A DNA stretch of 64,000 nucleotides from Oceanispirochaeta sp. (GTDB lineage: Bacteria > Spirochaetota > Spirochaetia > DSM-2461): contig CAXXXD010000004.1 in the NCBI GenBank assembly GCA_963663385.2, positions 608,001 to 672,000 on the forward strand, given 5' to 3'. Below, piece by piece: positions 8,709-18,600 of the stretch. The translations under genes were made by a program, and so were the position numbers. Below the pieces are notes generated by a model, which saw only the letters and a program-made list of their open reading frames with translations, ran no database searches and had not been told where the DNA came from. Numbering within the stretch: the stretch's first letter is position 1; every line of letters begins with the position of its first letter.

Positions 8709-9860
8709 ATGTTGAGAAGAATCGATGCTGTAATAGCGGGCGCGGGGATCAGCGGCCTTACTGTCGCCCGGGGACTGGCGGAAAAAGGAAAGAAGGTCAT
8801 CGTTGTAGAAAGAGGCAGTACCATAGGCGGGCACTGTTATGATTATGTCAACGATCACGGGATTCTCATTCAGCCCTACGGTCCCCATATTTTCCATACG
8901 AATAACCGGGGGGTGTGGGATTTCCTCTCCCGTTTTACCGAATGGAATCCGTACCATCACTCCGTGGGCGGGTATATCGACGGTCAGCTGATTCCCATCC
9001 CCTTTAATCTGAATACCCTGCATAAACTGCTGCCTCAGCAGCTGGGGCAGCGGATTGAAGAGAAGCTTTTAAAGGCTTTTCCCCTGGGAACACGGGTGCC
9101 TATTTTAAAACTGAGAGAGTCTGATGATGAGGATCTTCAGTTTCTGGCTGAGTATGTGTACGAGAAGATTTTTCTGAACTATACCCTGAAGCAATGGGGG
9201 GGCAAAAGGCCGGAGGAACTGGACTCTTCCGTTTCGTCCCGGGTGCCTGTGGTTATTTCACGGGACGACCGGTACTTTGACGATACCTATCAGGGAATTC
9301 CCCTTAAGGGATTCAGTGTGCTTATGCAGCAGATGGCGGACCATCCCAATATCCACCTTCTTTTAAATACGGATGTGCATGAGCTGATTAAGATCGAAGA
9401 TAAAAAACTCCTTTTAAACGGCCACTCTTTTGACGGTCACTATATTCATACCGGGCCGATAGATGAGCTTTTTGACTGTTGTTACGGCAATTTGCCCTAC
9501 CGTTCCTTAAAGATTGAATTTGAGAGCTTTCCCTATGAGGGGAGCTATCAGGATAAGGGGGTGGTGAACTACCCCAATAATTATGATTTTACCCGTATTA
9601 CCGAATTCAAGCATTTTCAGCGAAACAGGGTAAATCAGCATACGACCATTGGCCGGGAGTATCCCCAGCCATATATAAAGGGGAAAAACCAGCCCTTTTA
9701 TGTAATTGATAATGCGGAAAACCGGAGACTCTACGGATTGTATAAAACCGCGGCGGAGAGGGTTAGTAACCTGGTCTGTCTGGGGCGTCTGGGAGAGTAC
9801 CGTTACTATGACATCGACGAAGCTGTGGAAGTGGCTTTGCAGGTGGCTCAGGAGCTTTAG
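8709..9860 (+). CDS. glf: UDP-galactopyranose mutase
   Basis: GAGISG FAD motif, YGPHIFHT, YFDDTYQGIP, TRITEFKHF, GRLGEYRYYD. Confidence 0.95.
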   Translation: MLRRIDAVIAGAGISGLTVARGLAEKGKKVIVVERGSTIGGHCYDYVNDHGILIQPYGPHIFHTNNRGVWDFLSRFTEWNPYHHSVGGYIDGQLIPIPFNLNTLHKLLPQQLGQRIEEKLLKAFPLGTRVPILKLRESDDEDLQFLAEYVYEKIFLNYTLKQWGGKRPEELDSSVSSRVPVVISRDDRYFDDTYQGIPLKGFSVLMQQMADHPNIHLLLNTDVHELIKIEDKKLLLNGHSFDGHYIHTGPIDELFDCCYGNLPYRSLKIEFESFPYEGSYQDKGVVNYPNNYDFTRITEFKHFQRNRVNQHTTIGREYPQPYIKGKNQPFYVIDNAENRRLYGLYKTAAERVSNLVCLGRLGEYRYYDIDEAVEVALQVAQEL

Positions 9861-10009
9861 GCTCGTCATTCTGCTGTACTGTTTCGGCGGCGGCAGAAGG
9901 ATTTTTCTTTAATCGGGATGGAATTGTTTCATCCTGTCTTTAGAAAACGCCTTAAAAATCTTTGGGGTGGGTAGGGAGAGGTCCGCCCGCTGAATAAATG
10001 AGGAATAAA

Positions 10010-10915
10010 ATGAACTATTTTCAGAGTATTACCAAAAAGCTGGAAGCGGAAAGTATTGATATTATCAGAGAGGTTACAGCCGAATTTGAAAAGCCTGTAA
10101 TGCTCTACTCTATCGGGAAAGATTCATCTGTAATGCTGCATCTGGCTCAGAAAGCTTTTGCCCCGGGAAAGATCCCCTTTCCCCTGATGCATGTGGATAC
10201 AACATATAAATTCCCCGAAATGATTACATTCCGGGATGAGTACTGTGCCAAAATCGGTGCCAACCTGATTGTTCATATCAATCAGGATGCAGTAGACGGC
10301 GGGGCCGACCCCTGGAGTCTGGGAACTGTTAAATGCTGTTCCCTTTTAAAAACAAAAGCTTTGCTGGACTCTCTTAAAGAAGGGGAGTTTGATGCGGCCT
10401 TTGGCGGTGCCCGCAGGGATGAGGAAAAATCCCGGGCTAAAGAGAGAATTTTCAGCTTTAGAGATGCTCATGGTCAGTGGGATCCTAAAAATCAGAGGCC
10501 GGAACTGTGGAGCCTTTATAACGGACAGATTAATAAGGGAGAATCCATTCGGGTATTTCCCCTTTCCAACTGGACCGAACTGGATATTTGGACATACATC
10601 AAACAGGAGAATATCCCTATCAGTGAGCTATACTTTGCCAAAAAACGTCCCATGGTACGAAGAAGCGGTATGCTTATTCCCTATGTGGAAGGAGAAACTC
10701 CTTTAAAGGATGATGAACAGCCGGAAAATATTATGTGTCGGTTCAGAACCCTGGGCTGCTGGCCCTGTACGGGGGCTGTTGAATCCGATGCGGCGACTCT
10801 GGATGATATTATTATGGAAACCATGACAGTTTCCGTCAGTGAGCGTTCCACCCGTATTATTGACCATGACCAGGAAGGTTCCATGGAGCAAAAAAAGCGA
10901 GAAGGGTACTTCTGA
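10010..10915 (+). CDS. cysD: Sulfate adenylyltransferase subunit 2
   Basis: [43 protein letters not shown]. Confidence 0.95.
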   Translation: MNYFQSITKKLEAESIDIIREVTAEFEKPVMLYSIGKDSSVMLHLAQKAFAPGKIPFPLMHVDTTYKFPEMITFRDEYCAKIGANLIVHINQDAVDGGADPWSLGTVKCCSLLKTKALLDSLKEGEFDAAFGGARRDEEKSRAKERIFSFRDAHGQWDPKNQRPELWSLYNGQINKGESIRVFPLSNWTELDIWTYIKQENIPISELYFAKKRPMVRRSGMLIPYVEGETPLKDDEQPENIMCRFRTLGCWPCTGAVESDAATLDDIIMETMTVSVSERSTRIIDHDQEGSMEQKKREGYF

Positions 10916-11718
10916 TGCTCTCCATTCTGGATAAAACGACGATTCTTGAACTCATTCAAAAAGCTGGAGAAGCGGTAATGCTGGTTTATAACAAGCCGGA
11001 GCTTTTTCAGGTTGAATATAAAGAGGATAATTCGCCCCTGACCATGGCGGATACCCATTCTCACAACATTATCACTTCCTTTCTGAAGGAGAACTACCCG
11101 GATATTCCGGTTATATCCGAAGAGGATGGCGCTGTGATGAGCTGGGATGCCCGGTCAAAACTGGATGAGTTCTGGCTGGTGGATCCACTGGATGGAACCA
11201 AGGAATTTATAAAGCGAACAGATGATTTTACAGTGAATATCGCTCTGGTACAGAATGGGATCCCTGTCTGGGGAACAGTTTTTGCCCCGGCACGGGATTG
11301 GTTGTATTATGGCGGTCCTGAGGGGGGTGCCTGGAAAATGACAAACGGGTCAATCCCCATACAGCTTCCCATGGAGCAGGACCGACCGGAAGGAGAGATT
11401 GTTGCGGTCAGGAGTAAATCCCATAGCCATCCTGATGAAGAGCTGGTTCTGGATGCCCACAAGGTTAACAACACCATCAGTATAGGCAGCAGTTTGAAAT
11501 TCTGTATGGTGGCCGAAGGGGCGGCGGATGTGTATTACCGCAAGGGTCCTACCTGGGAGTGGGATACGGCGGCGGCTCATGCGGTTGTTCTCGGTTCGGG
11601 AGCTGTTGTTATGGAGCACGACGGCAGCGACCGGATTCCCCTGGAATACAACAAGAAGACTCTTAAAAACGACTACGGTTTTATTTGCAAAAGGATATAT
11701 GACTATGAACTCTATTGA
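10915..11718 (+). CDS. cysQ: 3'(2'),5'-bisphosphate nucleotidase
   Basis: SPLTMAD, WLVDPLDGTKEF, GSSLKFC, WEWDTAAAHA. Confidence 0.93.
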   Translation: MLSILDKTTILELIQKAGEAVMLVYNKPELFQVEYKEDNSPLTMADTHSHNIITSFLKENYPDIPVISEEDGAVMSWDARSKLDEFWLVDPLDGTKEFIKRTDDFTVNIALVQNGIPVWGTVFAPARDWLYYGGPEGGAWKMTNGSIPIQLPMEQDRPEGEIVAVRSKSHSHPDEELVLDAHKVNNTISIGSSLKFCMVAEGAADVYYRKGPTWEWDTAAAHAVVLGSGAVVMEHDGSDRIPLEYNKKTLKNDYGFICKRIYDYELY

Positions 11719-13615
11719 CGATTTAATGGCTATAAACGAGTCTTCCGACTTGCTGCGGTTTTCAACAGCGGGGAGTGTGGACGATGGAAAATCCACCTTA
11801 ATTGGAAGGCTTCTGCACGACTCCAATAATATCTATGAGGATCAGCTGAAATCGGTCGGTAAGGATTCGGAAAAGCTGGGAAGGGAGCTTGATCTGGCTC
11901 TGCTGATGGACGGCCTGAAATCCGAGCGGGAACAGGGCATTACCATCGATGTGGCCTACCGGTATTTCTCCACTCCAAAAAGACGTTTTATCATCGCCGA
12001 TACTCCGGGTCATGAGCAATATACCCGGAATATGGCCACCGGTGCGTCTACTGCCGATCTGGCTGTTATTCTGGTGGATGCGGAAAACGGTTTACTCACT
12101 CAAACCAAGCGTCACAGTTTTATTTCGGCCCTTTTTCATATTCCCCATATCGTTGTTGTTGTAAACAAGATGGACCTTGTCGGCTGGTCGGAAGAGCGGT
12201 TTAACGAGATTGTGGAGGAGTATAAAGACTTCGCTATGCGCCTGGAGATGAAGGATATCACCTTTATTCCCATCAGCGCTCTGAAAGGAGACAATGTCGT
12301 AAATCAGTCCGACAATATGAAATGGTATGAGGGGGCAACTCTGCTGCATTATCTGGAAACGGTGTATACCGGCTCCAGTCGTAATATGGTGGATTTCCGT
12401 TTCCCTGTTCAGTATGTAAACAGGCCGAATCATCGTTTTAGAGGATTCTGCGGGACCATCGCTTCCGGGATTGTCCGTCCGGGAGATGAGGTTACCATTC
12501 TGCCTTCGGAAAAGACCACAAAGATTAAATCCGTTATTGACGGCGGTGAGTATATAGATGAAGCTTTTGCTTCCATGGCGGTTACTCTGGAAACGGAAGA
12601 TGAGGTGGATATCAGCCGGGGGGACTTTATTGTTCACTCGGGGAACCATCCTTTTGTCAGTGATGATCTGGAAGCCATGATGATCTGGATGAATGAAACT
12701 CCCTTAAAGGTGGGTACCGAATATATTCTGAAGCAGGGGTCCCGGCGAGAACGTTTTGTTTTCAGGGATGTCACCTTCAAAATCAATCCGGAAGATCTGC
12801 ACCGCATTGAGGCCGATTCGCTTCAGCTGAATGAGATAGGCCGGGTAAATCTCTCCCTGTTTAAACCTATCCCTTACGATGAATATCATAAGAACAGATC
12901 TACGGGTAACTTTATTGTTATAGACAGGATGAAAAACCTGACTGTGGGTGCTGGTATGATTATCAAGAAAAGCAAGAAACAGACCAGTGAGACCCGGTCC
13001 GGTAACAGAGATAGTAACGCTATACGAAATATATTCCCCCAGGTGGGGCAGGTTTCTCATAGCGATCGTTGTTCCCTGATGGGGCAGGTTCCCAAAACAA
13101 TCTGGCTGACGGGTTTGAGCGGTTCCGGGAAGAGTACCATTGCTTTTGCTCTGGAGAAGAAACTGTTTGATTTATCCAAACCCTGCTATGTGCTGGACGG
13201 GGATAATATCCGGAGCGGTATAAATAAGGATATGAGTTTTTCTTCCGAAGACAGAAAAGAGAATATCCGAAGAATTTCGGAAATTGCCAAACTGTTTAAC
13301 GATGCTGGTATGACGGTGATTACGTCTTTTATTTCCCCTTTTGAAGAGGATCGTTTAATCGCTAAAGAGATTATCGGAGAAGAACGGTTTACTGAGGTGT
13401 ATGTCAATACGCCATTGGATATCTGTCAGGAACGGGATCCGAAAGGGTTGTATAAGAAGGCTCTGGCCGGTGAGATCCGGAACTTTACGGGGCTGGATTC
13501 GCCTTATGAGGCTCCTGACGGTCCGGATCTGGAGATCAGGACAGTTATCAGTTCGGTGGATCAGGCTGTTGAAATGATTGTGGATTATATTGATGCGGGA
13601 GTTGTTGAGGTTTAA
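11705..13615 (+). CDS. cysNC: Bifunctional sulfate adenylyltransferase subunit 1 / APS kinase (NodQ-like)
   Basis: AGSVDDGKSTLIGRLL, DTPGHEQY, C-terminal WLTGLSGSGKST..LDGDNIR..RDPKGLY; start reassigned to ATG 11705. Confidence 0.95.
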   Translation: MNSIDDLMAINESSDLLRFSTAGSVDDGKSTLIGRLLHDSNNIYEDQLKSVGKDSEKLGRELDLALLMDGLKSEREQGITIDVAYRYFSTPKRRFIIADTPGHEQYTRNMATGASTADLAVILVDAENGLLTQTKRHSFISALFHIPHIVVVVNKMDLVGWSEERFNEIVEEYKDFAMRLEMKDITFIPISALKGDNVVNQSDNMKWYEGATLLHYLETVYTGSSRNMVDFRFPVQYVNRPNHRFRGFCGTIASGIVRPGDEVTILPSEKTTKIKSVIDGGEYIDEAFASMAVTLETEDEVDISRGDFIVHSGNHPFVSDDLEAMMIWMNETPLKVGTEYILKQGSRRERFVFRDVTFKINPEDLHRIEADSLQLNEIGRVNLSLFKPIPYDEYHKNRSTGNFIVIDRMKNLTVGAGMIIKKSKKQTSETRSGNRDSNAIRNIFPQVGQVSHSDRCSLMGQVPKTIWLTGLSGSGKSTIAFALEKKLFDLSKPCYVLDGDNIRSGINKDMSFSSEDRKENIRRISEIAKLFNDAGMTVITSFISPFEEDRLIAKEIIGEERFTEVYVNTPLDICQERDPKGLYKKALAGEIRNFTGLDSPYEAPDGPDLEIRTVISSVDQAVEMIVDYIDAGVVEV

Positions 13616-14415
13616 TGGAATCAGTGCTTTCCTTTTTTAAGGCGTTAAGAGAGAACCGCTATCTGATTTATCAGCTTACTATGCGGGATGTGACTAGCCA
13701 GTATAAGAAGTCGAAGCTGGGGATGTTTTGGTCTCTGGCGGAACCTCTGGCTTTTATGGGTATACTTTATTTGGTTTTTGGTGTGGGGCTAAGAGCAGGT
13801 CAATCCATGGAAATGCCTTTTTTGTGCTATTTGGTTAGTGGAATGGCTGTAGTTCAGTATTTTACGGGAACCTTGAGCCAGGGGAGTATGGCTGTTCGGG
13901 TACATGCGTATCTTCTCAAAAAGATTAATTTCCGTTTGAGTATCCTCCCCGTCTCCACGGTGCTCACTGGTGTTATCAATCATCTGATTTTCCTTGCAGC
14001 TGCGTTAGTAGTTTTTCTGTTCAAAGGAATCTATCCCGATTGGTACTGGTTGCAGATACTCTATTATATGCTGGCTTTATCACTACTCCTGTTGGGAATT
14101 TCTTGGCTTACTTCCTCTGTTGGTGTTTTTATGCCCGATCTTCAGCATATTGTGAGTATTTTCGGTAGATTACTTTTTTATGTTACTCCAGTTTTCTGGA
14201 GTATCGACATGCTGAGTCCCAGACTGCAGTACTACTTGAAGTTTAATCCTTTGTTTTATATCGCCATGGGGTATAGAGAGTCTCTCTTCTATGGTGTGCC
14301 TTTTTGGAAACATCCTGTTCAGACCTGGTATTTCTGGGGTTGGGTGGTTTTGATGCTGTTAGTAGGTGTGTTTGTTTTTAGAAAACTTCGGCCACAGTTT
14401 GCGGATTATATTTGA
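13615..14415 (+). CDS. wzm: Polysaccharide ABC exporter permease
   Basis: ABC-2 pattern: RDV..QYK.S.LG.FW, TPVFW, FNPL, FRKLRPQFADYI. Confidence 0.88.
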   Translation: MESVLSFFKALRENRYLIYQLTMRDVTSQYKKSKLGMFWSLAEPLAFMGILYLVFGVGLRAGQSMEMPFLCYLVSGMAVVQYFTGTLSQGSMAVRVHAYLLKKINFRLSILPVSTVLTGVINHLIFLAAALVVFLFKGIYPDWYWLQILYYMLALSLLLLGISWLTSSVGVFMPDLQHIVSIFGRLLFYVTPVFWSIDMLSPRLQYYLKFNPLFYIAMGYRESLFYGVPFWKHPVQTWYFWGWVVLMLLVGVFVFRKLRPQFADYI

Positions 14416-14416
14416 T

Positions 14417-15682
14417 ATGAATGCTATAGAAATTAAAAAATTAACTAAAACCTATAAGCTTTATGAACGGAATGTCTATGATCGGTTTGCGGATACATTC
14501 CTGCCTGGAAAGAAAAAACGGCATAGAGAGTTTCATGCTCTGAAAGAAATTAATTTGACTGTTAAGAAAGGGGAAATTCTAGGAATTATCGGACGGAATG
14601 GAGCTGGGAAGTCTACATTGCTTAAGATAATTTCCGGGATTACACAGCCTACTTCTGGTTCTGTTGAGGTTAACGGGCGAGTTGTTGCTCTGCTAGAGTT
14701 GGGAGCTGGGTTCAATCCAGAATATACGGGTCGTGAGAATATTTACTTTACTTGTGCACTTCAAGGAATGAAGAAAGAAGAAATTGATGCTGTTTATCAT
14801 GAAATCGTGGACTTTTCGGAATTAGGTGAGTTTATAGATGTCCCTGTGAAAAAATATTCAAGTGGAATGAAAGCTAGGTTAGGATTTGCTACTTCGATAA
14901 ATATGGATCCCGAAATCCTTATTCTAGATGAAATACTTGCAGTAGGAGATGAACTCTTTAAGCATAAGTGTAGAACATTTCTCAATCTTTTTATCGAAAA
15001 GAAAAATAAAACTATATTACTTGTTTCACATGATCTTCAAAATATTAAATATATCTGTAATAGGGCTTTGTTGATTAATAGAGGTGAAATAATTTTAACT
15101 GGTAGCTCAAAGTTAGTTACAAATCAATATAGAATAGTTAATTCATTGGAGAGTGAAGAAAAAAAAGAAAAAATAAATCAGTTAAAAAAGATAAATAATG
15201 ATCGGAAAATAAAAGAAAGTTGGGAAAAAAAAATAATTGAGAATAATCTTCATCATAGATTGAAAAAAAGTAAAGAATATAAAAGAGTTGAAATAATTAA
15301 TGAAGGAATTATTTTATTTTCTGACTGTAGTATCATAAACCCATTAAATCAGAAAGTAGATGAAACTGTTTGGGGCGAAAAATATTGTATTACCCTAAAT
15401 TTAAAACTGACAGAAATAATAAATAATATCTTAATTAATGTGATTATATATAATTCACATAATTCAGATGTGTCTGGATTTAAAATTGAAAAAAATAGCA
15501 ATTTTAATGGAACTATTTCTATTAAGAAAGATTTCTTTACATACTTAAATAATGGTATCTATGGCTTGAAAGTAGAAAGCTATGTTAATGATAAACTAAT
15601 ATACAGTGCATATGATATATATGTTTTTAAAGTATGGAATGAAAGTGATAATTTAGGAATTGTTAGCCTTTTTAGTGAGTAA
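14417..15682 (+). CDS. wzt: Polysaccharide ABC exporter ATPase with C-terminal putative carbohydrate-binding extension
   Basis: GRNGAGKST, KYSSGMKARL, ILILDEILAVGD; ~170-aa tail whose distal part is beta-rich. Confidence 0.88.
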   Translation: MNAIEIKKLTKTYKLYERNVYDRFADTFLPGKKKRHREFHALKEINLTVKKGEILGIIGRNGAGKSTLLKIISGITQPTSGSVEVNGRVVALLELGAGFNPEYTGRENIYFTCALQGMKKEEIDAVYHEIVDFSELGEFIDVPVKKYSSGMKARLGFATSINMDPEILILDEILAVGDELFKHKCRTFLNLFIEKKNKTILLVSHDLQNIKYICNRALLINRGEIILTGSSKLVTNQYRIVNSLESEEKKEKINQLKKINNDRKIKESWEKKIIENNLHHRLKKSKEYKRVEIINEGIILFSDCSIINPLNQKVDETVWGEKYCITLNLKLTEIINNILINVIIYNSHNSDVSGFKIEKNSNFNGTISIKKDFFTYLNNGIYGLKVESYVNDKLIYSAYDIYVFKVWNESDNLGIVSLFSE

Positions 15683-15691
15683 TAAACTGGT

Positions 15692-18600
15692 ATGAAAAAA
15701 GAAAAAACTGTAAATATTATTCTTGGGATGCATAGATCTGGAACAAGCTTGTTGGCAAAGATAATTAATGATTTAGGAGTTTCCTTTAGTGAAAATCTTA
15801 ATGACTTTGGGAATGATTATGTTAATGGATACTTTGAAGACAACTTTTTTATTGATCAAAATAAAAAAATTATTTCTAGAGTAAATGATGATGTTGATTA
15901 TGGTTTTTTATCTGATATTAAAAGTCTATCTGAAGGATTAAACTATAATGATCTTTATGAAAAACTTATTCTGAATATTAAAAATAACTACAAAAATGAC
16001 ATTATATGGGGCTTTAAAGATCCAAGAACATCATTGACGTATCGAATCTGGGAAAGTCTTCTAGGGAGTGATTATAATATTCAACAAATTTATATTTATA
16101 GAAATCCAATTGATGTAGCGAAATCAATTATGAATAGAGATGGATACCCAATAAGTTTTGGATTACTTCTATGGTATTATTATAATTTATCAATTATAGA
16201 AGTAATTAATGATGATTGCATTATTATAAGTTATGAAGATTTAATTAGCAATCCTATGCCAACTTTAAATGAACTCTCTCAATTATATAACTTTGATATA
16301 ACGAATTTAGATTCTATTAAAAATAATATACGTACCAAAAAAATAACATACGACGAAAATGTATTATATGAGTTTGGAACATTTTTGAAGCTATGTGAGT
16401 TGTTTCAAGATTTAGAAGATTTAAAAAGAAATAAAAGTAAAGATAAAATTTCTTCAATAATAGCAAAACATGATAGTTTTAAAATATTTAAAGAGTTAAG
16501 CTCTTTAAATCAAAAAATTTCTTATGATATAAAAAATAAATACAAAAAAATTAGATGTCAGTTATTTTATGATGATGGATCAGGTTATAATGAAGAAAAG
16601 TCAATAATTAGAAATATAAATAATAGTGATGCAATATTAGATTTTGAGATAAATCATAAAAACAAAATATTTAAAATAAGATTCGATCCATGTGATGAAC
16701 CTTGTATGATTGAATTTATAACTTGTTATGTTAAAACCCTTAACAATGAATATAAATCAATAATATTTACAGATACAAATGCATTTAAATATGATGAAAA
16801 ATTTATGTATTTTATCACAAATGATCCAAAAATTGAGTTCAATATAAATGAAAATATAAAATCAATTCATTTTAATTTAAAATTCCAATCAATTGGAAGT
16901 GGAGTGCTAGAGAAGATTTATCCGAATTTTATAAACGAAATTAATGAATATGATATTGATAATAAAAATTTTGAAATAGTTTCTATTAATATGAAAAAAC
17001 ATGATTTGAAAAATCAAGAAGAAAAAATTCAATATTTAATAAATAAATTCGAATCAAATGTATTCAATAAATATGAAAGGGATAAGGAAAGTATGATTGA
17101 GATTGTTTCAAGCGAATTAAATACTTTGAATAAAAAAATTGAAGAAATTAATAATGCAAACCATGTTAATAATGAAAAATACTCAATAATAACTTCAGAT
17201 TATAAAAATTTGCAGGAAAAAAATATAACTCTTAAAAAAAAGTTGCGTAAATTGAAAAAGCAAAATATTAAGAATCAAGAATCTTTAAAAAATGATATTG
17301 AAAAGAATTTGATATATGTTGAAAAATTAAAAAGTGAAATACAATCAAATTCTGAATTAGTAAAAAACCTTGAAAAGGAAAAGAATAAAAACTTAAACTT
17401 AATTGAAAATTTAGAAAATAGATACAAAGAAAAATTAGATTTAATTGAAGAAATGAAAAATGAACGAGATAGAAATTTAGAAGATACTAATAAGTTAAAA
17501 AAAAGTAATGATTATCTTAGATCTAAACTTGATAACTATAATTTGAAAATGCTCGAATATAAATCTTCTGAAATTAATAATAAATTACTTTCTGTAAATG
17601 ATTTATTCAATAAGCTTGATGCTTCTAGTAGAATCGAAAAAGAATTATTAAGAGAGCACAAAAATAAAATAAAAGCTATTAAAAGATATTATGAAGAATC
17701 AAAATCTTGGAAATTGACAAAAGGATTAAGAAAAATTAATGGATATAGACATTTTATTAATGAAATTAAACTATTACAAAAGTCTAATTTATTTGATCCT
17801 GTGTATTATAGAAATCAAGCAAAAAAAAATGGTATAAAAGTAAGAAATCCATATTTTCATTATTTGAGGAAATGGTCTGAGAGTGAAATTAACCCTTCTT
17901 TAAAATTTAGTAATGAAATTTACCTTGATAATAATATTGATATTAAAGAATCAGGTCGAAATCCACTAATTCACTATTTAAGATTCGGTATTAATGAAGG
18001 AAGATCAATAAAAAAAATTGATCAAGAAATAGTAATCAAAAAAAATGAAGACCTAACAAATAATAAAATTATAAAAAATGATAAAAATATAATAGACAAA
18101 ATAAATATAATTAAAAAATCAAAATATTTTGATGAACAATATTATTTAGAAAAAAATAAAGATTTAGAACCCATAAAGGACAAGCTAGTAGAGCATTATA
18201 TTCTATATGGAGCTTACGAAGGAAGATCTCCTTCAGAAAAATTTGATTCTCAATACTATTTAGAGAAAAACACTGATATTAAAGAAGCAGGTATAAATCC
18301 TCTTTGGCATTACATAACATCTGGTGAAAAAGAAGGACGAGAGCCACTAAATAATGAAATAAATCAAAAAGAGAAAATAGTTGATACAGAAATTAAATGT
18401 CTTAATAATATAGAGAATGTAAATGATTATGAAGAAATGAATATTTTTCCTATAAAAGTTCGCAATGATGATACAAAAATTATTAGCTTTTATTTACCAC
18501 AGTTTCATTTATTTCCAGAAAATGAAGAATGGTGGGGAAAGGGTTTTAATGAATGGACAAATGTAACAAAAGGTAATTCAAAATATGATAATCATTATCA

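Noticed and set aside
9886..9897. ops/JUMPstart-like ggcggcag
   Set aside because: Imperfect match, lies within a hairpin stem, and there is no RfaH-like gene in the window.
11528..11704. Long N-terminal extension of cysNC (likewise early starts at 3558, 4089, 8688, 14366)
   Set aside because: These overlap upstream genes or regulatory DNA; downstream ATGs have better RBS or homology starts.
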